From positions 124,001 through 188,000 of the forward strand of contig CT868529.1 in the NCBI GenBank assembly GCA_000165425.1: DNA of 64,000 bases, in the 5' to 3' direction. The notes under the pieces were generated by a model. That model had not been told where the DNA came from and did not search any database. It worked only from the letters and a program-made list of their open reading frames with translations. The position numbers were made by a program, and so were the translations under genes. Shown here piece after piece: positions 1 through 14,300 of this stretch (positions within the stretch are counted from its first letter, which is position 1; each line of letters starts with the position of its first letter). The DNA comes from Paramecium tetraurelia. Its lineage: Eukaryota.

Positions 1-246
1 GAAAAAATTGCCCAATAATTTAATGAGCAATTGGATGAACTCAAAAGAATATTTGATAGTCAATAAAAGTAAAGAGAATAAAGAGAAGAGGAAATCATTG
101 GAATATTAAAGAAGATTTACTAGAATGCCTATGATGCATGCAAAAGGAATAGAGCTGATAGAGAAAGAAATGAAGAATTATTAGTTAAATTAGTTGAATA
201 AGTAGTTGAAAAAATTAAAAGAGAGATAGTTGATTCTGATTTTTGA
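1..246 (+). CDS. 3' end of a coiled-coil protein, SF-assemblin/beta-giardin-like (partial)
   Basis: Frame 1 is open with TAA/TAG=Q: EKIAQQFNEQLDELKRIFDSQQKQREQREEEIIGIL...RADRERNEELLVKLVEQVVEKIKREIVDSDF-TGA. Resembles the SF-assemblin C-terminal repeats. Confidence 0.6.
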
Positions 247-328
247 AAAAACATTATTAATATTATTATATGATTTTGACCTTGCAATTATTTATAATTA
301 TTTGTAGTTGATTCTATAATATAAATAT

Positions 329-1434
329 TCAAATTTAGACATGTACCAATATCAAAGTAATGTCGTCTCTACTACCATCATTTTGATCCCATTTTTAGTA
401 GGTTTCCCCTAATATTTTTTAGACTCCCAAATCTATATCTAATTGGGTAAAAGGAGGATCTAGTTGATCTATTATCTTTTAGACACTCTCAAAATCCATT
501 TTATCCCAAAGTCCGTCACTTGCTAATAAAATAAATCCGTTATTTTATATTTTATATCTTAAAATTTCAGGATCAGCAATAACTCCCACTGATTTGGCTG
601 CCATATCACCAAATGATCTTGACATTGCCAACCCAGGTACATCTTCATTAGCTAGCCAAACCCTATAAGGCCCTAATCTTTTTCCATCAATCAAACTTTA
701 TTCAACTCTGCCTCCAAATTTCATTATTCTTTTATATTCAAAAGTCTTATTAGGTTTATGATCATATGATAATGGTCTATTGTACCATAGATCTTGAGAT
801 TTATAAAAAAAGACAGCCCTTGAATCTCCAATATTTGCACAATAAATTCTTGATCCGATCAACAAAATAACTACTCCAGTAGAACCACTAAAATTGCATG
901 CAATATTTGTTTTATCTACCTAAATTAAATTAAATTATTACTAAATCGTTTTCTACTTGTTAAAAAGCAATTTACAATGATTAAGAAAAATAATTAGGAT
1001 TATTGGCATTATTTTGAACTAGCTAATTTTCTATTACTTTAATCATATGTCTTGAAACAAATTATGATACTAAATGCCCACTTTGCCCATGTCCATCAAA
1101 GATACCAAAGAAATGCCAATCATTTTGATTACACATATTTTTTTTTATTGCAAGACAATCTTAATTGATTTTCTATTTCTTTTTATGATTTTGACCAGGA
1201 AGTGTTCTACTGTTTTTCAATATCATACTTTGATGCTACTTAAATTAACAATTCTTCTTCTTATTATATTTCAGTTTAAATTCTCTTCATATGATCTTTT
1301 TAAATTGGAGGCAATTTATCGACAATACTCAACATTGATTAATGATTAATTTTCCTTAAATTTTATTTCTAATTGGTTGTACTAATAGAACGAGGAATTT
1401 TAAATTATCTTATAATGTCTAATTTTTAATTCAT
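329..1434 (-). CDS. Protein phosphatase 2C (PPM family)
   Basis: Motifs NQD, FFGIFDGHG, CANIGDSRA, PGLAMSRSFGD, ASDGLWD and SRDDIT; short GT-AG introns. Confidence 0.92.
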
Positions 1435-1448
1435 ATATTTTAATAATA

Positions 1449-3013
1449 TCACTAAAATGGTCCAACTCTTTATCCTTATAATTGCATCTAGGTGCTTCTT
1501 ACATTAAAAACTCCTTCAATTATTGTTTATTGAGTCTCACCTATCACTTACTTTTCTCCTAAATCTATGTTGAAATTCTTAACAAATAATGGATTTGGAT
1601 TTGATAAAACATCATCATTGCAAGATAATCCATCCAAATATTATTTGAGTAAAGATTATAATTGATTACTTTCATTTTGTAATGCCTCTTTTTATTTTTA
1701 GATTGCTAAAATGTCCAATAAGACCTAATAAATAATATACATTATATACCTTATTGTATCTTTTATAGAAATTATTTAGATATGCAAATTCTTCATATTA
1801 ATCTTTTTCAATAGCTTCAAAGTCATTTTTCAAGTTTTCTGGAATCTGATCCAAATCAACTGTATCTTCATAAAAAGGCAAGACCTTTTCTCTTTCTGTT
1901 TCCAATCTTCTACATAATTCAGCTGTCTTAAGTATCTTTTCTCCTAATTCCTTGTATTCAGTTAATTTTAAAACTGCATTTCTACTATTGTTAACCAATT
2001 CCTTTAATAATCTTGATTATTCCTCTCTAAATTTATTCATTTTTAATTTCAAATCCTAATAATTCTTGGCAATGTTCTCTTTTTCTTTTTTTAAAGCTTA
2101 ATTTCTTGCATTGCATTCTTTTGTATGTTACAATATTTTATATTTAGTCAAATCAATTTTTGCTTTCTTGCTAGCTATGGATCTCACCAATCTTTCAATT
2201 TTCTTAGACATATCCTTATTAGCATCATAATATTTAGTGTGATCCTCAGTTTTCTTTGCAGTATCTGATTAATATTTTTGGTGCATTTACTCTAAATCAT
2301 TATAAAATTTAGTTTGTTTATCTTCTAATTATTATTTCATCTGACTGGTATCCTCTACATCTTTATTTTTAGTTTCTTCTCTATTGGTTTGATGTTAATT
2401 TTTGGCTTATTCTGCTTTTCTTTTCTCTTCCTCTTCCACTGTCTTAATCATGTCTTCCAACTCTTTAACTTATTATTTATGTGTTTTAGTCATATCATCA
2501 AATTCTATTTAGAATTCCTCCTAGAGTATTTTGATATCTCTTTCAAACTCTTCCAAAAGTGCTCTGTTTCTACTCTCCTATAAAAGATGAAAGTTTTCAA
2601 GATGAATAAGATGATTTCTCAAAGCAATTTAATATTGATCTTCGGCTTCATCTAAATTCTTGTCTAACATCTGAATGAATGCTTCTTTAGAATCTAATTC
2701 TCTTTTATTATTTTGTGAATATAATTCTATGTCAAGTTTCAATTATTCAGTCTTAACTGCTCTCATAGTTCTTCTCCAATAAGCCATAAGCTTTTTTGTA
2801 TTAAAGTTGACTATCTTTTATTCTTCTCTAATTTTACTTCGCAGTTACTCTTTTTTAAACTATGTCTAATGCTTAAATTACTTGTGCCTATTTTTGACTT
2901 TCTTCAAATTCTTGTTGTGATTTAGTAATTTATCTGATTTTAATATTTCTTTTTTGTTCTGTCCCTCCAGCTTTAGTTGTTCTGCCTTTAAGAGTTTTCC
3001 CTAATAAAGCCAT
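1449..3013 (-). CDS. DRC2: Dynein regulatory complex subunit 2 (CCDC65/DRC2)
   Basis: Coiled coil with ILKTAELCRRLETEREKVLPFYE, FYKRYNKVLLD and LLKQYLDGLSCNDDVLSNPNPL, all characteristic of CCDC65. Confidence 0.85.
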
Positions 3014-3057
3014 AAATTAATAATAATAAAGAAAATTAGATAACTAAATTAAAAAAT

Positions 3058-4683
<1,626 letters not shown>

Positions 4684-5278
4684 TTTTATAATACTTATTT
4701 ATTAATTATAACTAAAATTTTCATCTATTCTTATAAAATGAATTTTATTCAAATATATAAACTAAGATGCTTAAAATTTAGATTTTATCTAATATTAGAA
4801 TTAATTATATATATATAACTAAATCAAATTATATCCATCAGTTCTATTCTAAATCGATTGGATCATTATAAATTTAAGACCGTTTATAGACAGAATAACG
4901 AATGTATTTTATATGGACATATAAAATCAAATATGGATTCTTATTCAAAATTATTAGGTAGACCAGAACATTAGAACATTTTAAAATAATGCATTGTTTA
5001 TTTAGGTATGAGTATTATCATAGTTTCTTAAATCTAAGTAAATTCTTAAAGGATTATAATAAAATCGATAAATATAAATCATATTCTAAGGTTTTTATGA
5101 ATATTCGATTTGATAGGGTAAATTTGGAATATGAAAAAAATGCCTAATTATCAATGAGACAATTCTAAAATTTGATTTTAAAATTAATTCAATCAAAGAG
5201 TAAAAAAAGTTCCTATAAATAATGATAATTGGTATTTTTCTTGCTAGATATATTAATAAAATTATTAATTATTAAAGG

Positions 5279-7000
5279 ATGGAATAAAATTCCAATTATT
5301 TTTTCAATTCTACTATTAAAGAGCAAAGAGAATTTTGGAATAGAGATTTTCATATTTTAGTGAATAATCATGAAAATTTTGAGATTTAAAATGATAATTG
5401 TACTAGTTTTTATAAGAGAAGCAAGATTCTTAAAAAATGGATACCTCGATTTTATTCTGTATAAGGCAATTATATATTGTATGGTGATAGGGTATATTTA
5501 TATCATTATCAAGAACCTCAAAGGTTTTAGAAAGCTAGATTGTGTATACTTAATGTCTAGTATAGTAAGTGGCCCCTATAAATATAAATTGGAGTTGACT
5601 TACAGTGGTTTTACTATCGAATTATACACTGATCAAAAGTAGGATTATGACAGTTTTAAGGGAACTCTCTAATCACATTGTATTTTAACTGATTTTCATA
5701 CTTAATATACGTTATTAAGATAGATAGGATTTGGATCGAGTGCTCAAGTATATTATATCAATTTTCCTATAGGTCTACATAGCCAGAAGTAATTACAATT
5801 AGCAACTCTATGCCATCAAAAGAGTTCAAAAAAATTACACAGTCAAATAAAAAAAATTTGAATAAGAATCAGCATTGCGAAACGAAATTTAAATAATGAA
5901 GGAACTTAATCATCCAAATATCATTTCTTTCTATTCAGTGTTTGAAACTAATAGTACTTATAAATTCTATGTTTAAAGAACATATAAATTGTGTTTTAGA
6001 ATTAATTCAAGGGGGAGAATTACTTAAGTAGGGATAATACAAAAGCATTAGAGATGCAAGAATTGTTGCTAAGCAACTGGCTTTATGTTTGGATTACATG
6101 CATTAGAAAGGTATAATGCATAGAGATTTGAAGCCACAAAACATTTTATGCAAATCTAATTCTCTTGACGTATTGATTGCTGATTTTGGTTTGGCCACAT
6201 ACATTAAGAATTAAAAACAATAGTATTATCGTTGTGGAACCACTGGTTATGTTGCTCCAGAAGTCTTAATGTATAAGGAGGGTTCTAAAATGTACAATGA
6301 AAAATGTGATATCTTTAGTCTTGGAGTCATCTTCTATCAATTGTATCTATTCAAAAAATAAAAGGATTTTCAATGTCCATCCCTTCAAAGACAGCACCAA
6401 GGCCGGAATGTTGAAAAGAAATTTAGTCGCTGACTATAAGTTGGATGATCAAATGAGAGTTCCTTAAAGTTGTAAGGATCTTATTGCTTCTATGTTGAGA
6501 TTGAATCCAAAGCAAAGGCCCTCTGCCTCTTAAATCTTAAGACATGATTTCTTTAATGAAGCATTAAACGAGTTGTCTTATCCAAGTTTGATTGGCTCTT
6601 TTCAAGAGTATTTAAATTTATTATTATACTTAGTATAAGTGATCATAAGAAATCAGGTCAGTCTTTTAATTCTCAAGTAGGGGAATTGAAATTATCAACA
6701 TTTCAAAAGAATGGTTAAGTGTCTATTTTCGAAAAAATGCCATTAAATATTAAATCGGCAAATCAGAGTTTGGAATTTAAAGAACTCTCGCCTCTTTGGA
6801 ATAAAAGGATTACATTATAATAACCAATAACTTAACCAAGATCCAAAGCTCAATCGATGCAGACGAATAAAAACTTCGATATTAGAAGCCAAAAAGTATC
6901 CATATTTCAATAGCATTCTAAAAATTCAGATAATGACATTGAATATCATTAAGTGCCTTATTAAACCATAAGCAATAGATGTACTATTAAAAATAAATGA
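5279..7000 (+). CDS. CAMK-group Ser/Thr kinase with N-terminal PH-like domain
   Basis: N-terminal [16 protein letters not shown] (PH-like); kinase motifs [26 protein letters not shown] and [11 protein letters not shown]; several tiny introns. Confidence 0.88.
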
Positions 7001-7284
7001 TAATTATTAATACTATAATAATAATAACATATGTATTATATGTATATCATTATTCATTCTAAAATACTGATATTAATCTTGTTAAATTATTTATTAATAT
7101 TATTTATATTATTTTACTCAGTTCTAACTATCTTAAATTTGTTTGGTTTCCTTTTCTTTAAACTCTTTCAAGCCTAAAAATTAAATCTTTTTTAGATAAA
7201 ATAACACATTAATCTTCAGATTTACTTTAATACTTGAATTCATCTTTTATTGTGACGATATCAAAAGAAATTTAAATTAATATT

Positions 7285-8302
7285 ATGAATCATTCAGACG
7301 GTGCTTAATCCCCTCCTTATTTCAGTATGTATCCGCTACCCTATTGGCCAACAAGCTCATAATTACTCTTAATGATGAACTTTCAGAATCCTTTGATGAG
7401 TCCAATCCATAATTTAGGTTCTCCAATTTTAACTTCTCATTTAAGTTTTACCTAGCCAACCATGAATTGTGATATAAAATACGAATAAAGTAATATCCAA
7501 AGCTTATTCATTTTAGATTCACAGAATAAAGAAACCACACTAAGCAAATAACCAGAAAAATATACCAGCCAAATTTAAATCATTGCTGAGCAATTAGATG
7601 ACATGAATTATGACGAAATCACCTTAGAAAACCTTGAACAATTAATCCATTTGTTGTTTGCTGAATCGCCTAAACTTAAAAAGATCTAATAATAACTTAA
7701 AGAGAAAAAATGTCTTAAGGTTGTTAAGATTCTAGAGACTTTAGCCAAAAAAATCAGAACACAATCTAAAAGTAGAGAGGAGTTGATCAAATTTTGTCTA
7801 AGAAAGGCTTTCAGAGAGATCTTCCATAAAATTTAAGCGAAAAGCACTAAAACAAGTAATCAAATCTTTAAATATGTAGAACTGAATCTAAAGGCAGCTT
7901 CCAAAATATTTCAGTAATCCTATTAAGCTGAAAAAATGAAATCAATATAGTTGCCATTCAGAAAAAATAGTAGGAATAAAACTATGAATAATCATTTTCT
8001 ACATGAATTATTCCAATCCAAACAATTTTAGGATCAATATAAAACATTCCTTGGTATTTATGTTCTTCTTATTTTTAGAAAAGTTAGATACCATCATTGA
8101 GAATGATAGAAATAAAAAAATAAAAGCAATTGCTGAAAAATCAAGGGAATTCATCTAATCCAACAGAAAAGTAAACAAAATTATTCACTATTTATAGTCA
8201 TACACTTTCAAAAGATTACCTTGGTCAATTAAAAATATTGAAAAGTTAAAAGAAACCGCAAATGAGATGCTCAATTACTGTGATGATTAAAAATTTATTT
8301 GA
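7285..8302 (+). CDS. Hypothetical protein with basic helical domain
   Basis: Open frame with tiny introns. Pro/Met-rich N-terminus, then KSREELIKFCLRKAF, LPFRKNSRNKTMNNHFLHELF and FKRLPWS. Confidence 0.75.
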
Positions 8303-9155
8303 ATTATTATCATTAATAAAATATATATCAAGATATAATTGAGTTAATTTAAAGATTATGCTCATTAATGTTGGCTTCCACTAATAATTTTTAAATAAAT
8401 TAGAGAAACCAAATGTTCGAAAATATTTCGAAATTCTCAATGTCCTCCAAGACATTCTGCTTGTACTCAATAACCATTTTTAAATATGTTTAAGTAACAT
8501 AGACAATAATTCAAGAAATAGAAATCTTTGAGTGATTTTGTTATTCAATCCTTATTCAAATAAAGAGTTAGCTAGTTAAGCAAATTTATTGTTTAAACAA
8601 TCTATATATATGTAATATCAAAGAGCACCACCATTAAAATATATGATAATTTATGTTTGATTAGAATTGCTATTTTCTAATTTATCACTGGATTTATTTT
8701 ATTATATTCAAAATTTCATGACAATAAATAATTTATTACACTTTTAATGAGACATTTAATTAAAAGACAGTTGTATGATAATATGGACTAATTATATTCA
8801 TTAATTCACGAACAAATTTTGATTTTTTTTTCTTTGTTAAATATTTAAATTAATTAATATATATAATATTAACTAACTAAATTTATTTTATTCTTATAAT
8901 TTTTAGAAGTAATTTGCAAAATTTATTAAAAATTAAAATCTCTCTTTTGAAAGTATCCTTAGATCACTTATAATGGTTTATTTAAGTAAAATAAATATTT
9001 CCCATATTTATATTCTTTATAAAATAAAAAAGAATAAAAAAATGCATTTGGTCTTTTAAAATTTATAAATAGACTTTGATTGAATGAAATGTCTTTCACA
9101 CTTGTTTTGCTTTAGACAAAATAATGTTAATATTAAAAAATATTATTATTAATAA

Positions 9156-10068
9156 ATGAATAATAATACTAATAATGGATTAAATGATGAAGAATTGCTA
9201 AGACTTATAAAGTAAGAACTACATTATCCAAATTCACCTGTTTATGATTAGATAAGTGACTAATATTCTTCTGTAAGTGATGAAGAGGATATCATTATCA
9301 GAGACCCAGCTTCTGAAATAAGTACAGCGATATAAATTCTATATTTTAGCTGATGAATCAAGCAAATCTCAGTAATTTGAAAAGAAACAAGCAAAATGGA
9401 AATATGTACTCAATTTATTAATATTGTTTTCAAGTGTTGTCAAAAATGTACAAAATCTGACAAAGGGTCCCTTAAACCAAAGACTTGTGTATGCATAGTT
9501 CCAGCATCATAAAGAAGAATCTAGATTGGAGAATAGGGATGTCTCTCTTGTCATTGTACAGGATGTTCAATAGAGGATGAAAAGAAAAAACAAAAAAAGA
9601 TCAAGAAGAAAAGAAAATCATCTTCTGTTTCCAGTTCGGATGAGTCTTCAGAATTCAAAACTGTAAATGGATGTTGCAAGAAATGCATGAAAGCCTTTTC
9701 CAAAATGGGTAAAGAAGCTAAAGTATAATGATAAATGATCATAAATAGTCTTGTTTATGTCAAGTTCCAAGGGCTGTTCGAAAGAAACCTTTACCTGCAC
9801 ATGGTTGTCAGTATTGTGGATGCCATGGATGCAATCCTGAGGATAAGAAAAAAGAGAAGGTAAAGAAAAATAGTCGACAGCTTTCTCCAGTTTCGAATGA
9901 AGCGAATGAGTAGAATCTCAATAATTTTCAAAATGCTCGTACTATTAGGTTATGATGTTAGCTTTAATATAATGGCTTAATGCATAAAATCTCAACCCAG
10001 GCATTTTAGGAATTGGAATACCGTAAAGGACATACTCATATATTTATGGGAAGGAATAAGGACGTTGA
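9156..10068 (+). CDS. Cys-rich protein with two tandem putative metal-binding modules
   Basis: Two copies of CCxxC-x(n)-CxCxVP-x-R-x(n)-GCxxCxCxGC separated by a K/S-rich linker; C-terminus GILGIGIPQRTYSYIYGKEQGR after a 23-nt intron. Confidence 0.75.
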
Positions 10069-10119
10069 GAATAAAAACTTATAAATTTATTTATAATCAT
10101 AAACTCTTTTAATCAATAA

Positions 10120-10450
10120 ATGGACGAGGACGTAGTAATTTTATTATACAATAGATTAAATAATTTATTTATGGATTATAATTCAAAAGTGTACCTATAA
10201 ATGTAGCATACATGTGTCAAGCATTGCACAAATACTTTACTCAAAGCCTAGTTGGACCCATTAGAAAACCTTTGTTTAAACAGATGTGTTAACAAATATG
10301 CAGAAGCCATTGATTTTTCAATGCAATAATTCAAGTAGACAATTTACTCATAGAAGGTTGCACACTCTAAAGCAAGAGGAACTCGCCAAATAGCAGCAGT
10401 TAATGCAATAATAAAAAGAAATGGTAAAATCATCACTTTTTGGTAAATGA
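10120..10450 (+). CDS. Small Tim chaperone (Tim9/Tim10 family)
   Basis: Twin CX3C motif CVKHC-x15-CLNRC followed by VNKY; one ~22-nt intron near the 3' end. Confidence 0.8.
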
Positions 10451-10521
10451 TTAACAAAGTTATTTTATATTAAATAATAATATTACAATTTACAATCGAA
10501 TCTAAATTTTACAACTGATTC

Positions 10522-11357
10522 TCATTTATGTAGATCCAGATCCATCTTTTTAAATTGATATTTATTCTAATCTATAAGTTTTATGGTATTTTAATTCTGC
10601 ATTATAGTAAATGATTGAAATTTATTTTATCTTTGTTTTCTAAAGATTCAAGTTCTATTAGCTCTAATAAATTAACAATTCTTTTGAATTTTATATAATT
10701 ATCCAATAAAGATATTTAGGCTCCCAATATTAAATTTCCTTATAATAGATTTTCCAATCTTTCATATTATGTCTATTGGAATCAATTTCACTAAATTCAT
10801 TAGGCAATTTTTTTCTATATTCTAATATTTCAATTGAATGTAAGTGTAATTAATGTTGAGTTTCACATCTACTCAAGATCGCTCCTTAAACAGCTCAGAG
10901 TAAATCTTTCTAAATTCGAAGACTCCTGATTAGCAAAATTCTTCTGTATTTGATCAATTATTAGATTCATCCCCATAGTTAATTTGTAAATCCTAGCAAG
11001 GATGCTCTTTAATTATATGTCGCACAAAAGGGTATGATAATCTCAATTAAGAGATTAAAATGAATCCAAATATTTAATATTTTTCACTTTTTTGCCTATA
11101 ATCAAACTTTCTTCTCTAATAAAAACTATAATCTTTCAAAAAATTGTAATAAAGAGTATCATACTTTACAAATTAAATTTCATCTTCATTTAGAATTGAG
11201 ACTGTATTTATGCTATTGTATTTTATTCTGAAACAAAAGCTCTATCATATTAATATTTGATACTTGCATATAGATAGTGGATGCTGTAGAATTATAGGAT
11301 CTGAAGAGAATCCTAAATATATTAATCAATGATATCAATTTTTTTATCAATGTTCAT
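10522..11357 (-). CDS. Hypothetical protein
   Basis: ATG at 11357, open frame with tiny intron(s), ends KKMDLDLHK-TGA; no recognisable motif. Confidence 0.55.
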
Positions 11358-11376
11358 ATTATTTATATATAATTTC

Positions 11377-14300
11377 TCAATAACGTCTTGCATAACTTCT
11401 AGTTGTTGTTGTTGATGTTTAATTCATAATTTAGGAAGATGATGTTTATGATGGTGGTTATTAACTGGATGAGCCAGACTAATAAATGGATGAAGCTGTC
11501 ACTGGTTTTTGAGTGCTTGTTTATTAGACCTATGATGCTGTAGGGAATAAATTTTATCTATATCCACTAGATCTGTTTGATTGACTATCATCTATCTATT
11601 AATAGGTTGTCTAAGGTTGTTTATTAACTTGTGTGGTAATGGTTGTAGTGAATTAATTAGTTTGATTTGTACTTTAAGGTGGATTATCTGATCTTAAATC
11701 TTTCACTACAGAAGCGTACTTGTTATTCCAAGTTTATAAGTCCTATGCAATAAATATATATTATTACAGCAGTTTAGTTGGAAATTATATTCTATTGTCT
11801 CTTGATTTCATTTTATAAATCATTGATTTATTGATTCAATTTCTTGATATCATTTTATTGGTTATCAAAGCTCTTCTTGCTTGTGTTCAAATCAGAATTT
11901 AAGCTATTCACTTTAGCTTCTAATTCTTTCTTTAACTTTTCTAGATTTGAAGAATCCTATGAGAATTTGTCAAGTTTCTTCTTCAAATCGTCTAATTCTT
12001 TGTCTTTTGCTTGAATTGCTTATTACAATTTACTAATTTCTGTATTATCTTTCTTAACCTTCTATAATTCAACATCCATTTGATTGAATCTAAATTAAAA
12101 ACACATATTACTTCTTTTTAATTTCTTCATTCTCCTTTGATCTCTAAGCAATTTGATCTTACAAAGTTTTCAAATCATTTGGATTGGTATTATCAATAAC
12201 TTTAACTTATTTAACAATTGATTCTTGTTTTGTGTTGGATGCCTTCAATGCATTAATTTCATTATCTTTGGCTGCAAACTTATTCTTTAATTGTTCAAAC
12301 TCTCCATTGACTGAATTGTATAATTATTGGAATTAAGTTTTCTATTTATTGGCATCATCAGCTGCTAATTGTAAATCAGCCAATTTTTATCTTAAGTCTC
12401 CTAATTCTTTAGTTTGTTGATCAATTAATTATTTCAATCTTTGATTTTCAGCTTCAAGAGGCTTTAATTATGCAACTTATCCTTCTAAGGTTGATACAGT
12501 CTTAGATTAAGCTGCATTTTCATCATTCTTAACTTAGATTTGCTTTCCTAATTACTCAATTTCAGCTTGTAATTTTGCAATTCTATCCAAAAGATTATCT
12601 CTCTCTGCAGCTAATTGTTTAGCCTATTTATCTAATTAACCTAATTGATCCTTTAAATCAGCAGTCACTAAACATCTAAAATAATATAATTAAAATATTT
12701 TACTCTCTTTCGTATAAAGCCTTGTATTTAATAAATTCATTTTAGAAACCATTCAATTATTCAATGACCTTCTACATAGAGTTCATCTCAGAGACTTAAG
12801 AATTAAACTTATTGGTCAAATCACTTAATTATTGTCTCAATTTATTATTCTCATCTAATAACTTTTACAATTATGCCTACAAATCTCCAATTTACTTTGA
12901 TCTTTATTAATCTAATTGTTAGAGTTGATTTTAATAAATCATTAATATGAGATTCTTAATTCATTGATATAATTATCCTTTTCAGCTGAAGAATTGCTAC
13001 TGCTTTATTATAAATTAGTAATCTAAGTTTACAATAAACTGTATTATTATTGAAGTTTATTATATAAGTCTTGAATGTTTCTTAACTTATTTAACTCTGC
13101 TTATAATTGTCTCAATTAAGCATTGAGATCATCAATCTCTTTATCCTTCTATTCATTTTACGATTATAATTTGGCTAATTGATCTTATAAAACCTATTGT
13201 TATCTTTCCAAATTAGCAATGTCCTCATTGACATCATCTTGGTTTCCTCCTCTCAATTCCAACATAGGATCTTACTAAAGAGATTCAGCTTTCAATCTTT
13301 ATAAATATTCAACTTCAAGGAGCAAATACTTATATTTACTCTCATAGTACTCCTTCTCTCTTCTCAATCTATCATTGTCTACTCCAACTTTGTTAAGATC
13401 TGTCTTAACATTTTCTCTATTTTAGACTTCTTCTTATCTTACAATATCTAATTTATTATTTGATAATTATAATTAATTAACTTGATTAGCTTCTAAAGAT
13501 TTATCGAAGTATCTTCCGTAGAGATCTTCATATTCTTTTGTCTTGACATTCAATTATTGAATCAAATCTTATGAATGCTATCTTAATAAATTAATTGTTT
13601 ATTCCAACTCAGGAACTCTCGATTCTAAATGCTTTAAATTGAATATGGTTTGATTGAGATCATTCATTTTGGCTCTCATTTGTTCATTTTCTTCGACTTT
13701 CATATTCAATTAAGTTTTCAATCTGTCTATTTCTTAGATAAATAAATGCTTTTCATTTTCAAGGATATTAATGTGATTATTTAATTATTCAATTTATTAC
13801 TTCAGTTTCTAAATTTATTAGTATTAATCAAAGTTTTCTCTTTGAAGTTCCTATATTTATTTTCTAAGTTGATTGATTTCATCCTAATCGACTATGTGTT
13901 CAATTTAAGGTGGTGGTTGATGTAATTACCTTTGCTTCAATCTTTCAATTTCTAATTCTAATTACCTAGCTCTGATTTATTCTTATTTTAACAGTTCAGC
14001 TGTAAATTATAAATCAGACACCAATTACTCAGATTGTAAATACTTATCCTTCCAATTCTTTATCAATTATTCCTTTCTTTGAATCTCCAGTGATTATTCA
14101 TTCAAATATCCTTCATATTAAACTCTTTATTATTCATGTTATCTATCTTTTGCTTATAAATCTAATTCTTATTATAAATTCTGTTATCTTAATTTATTTA
14201 ATTCATCTTTTAATTCTTTAATTTCTTTTTCTAATTATGCATTCTTTTCTTCAGCATCAGCCAATAATTATTAAACATCATGAAGTGTTTTATCTAATTG

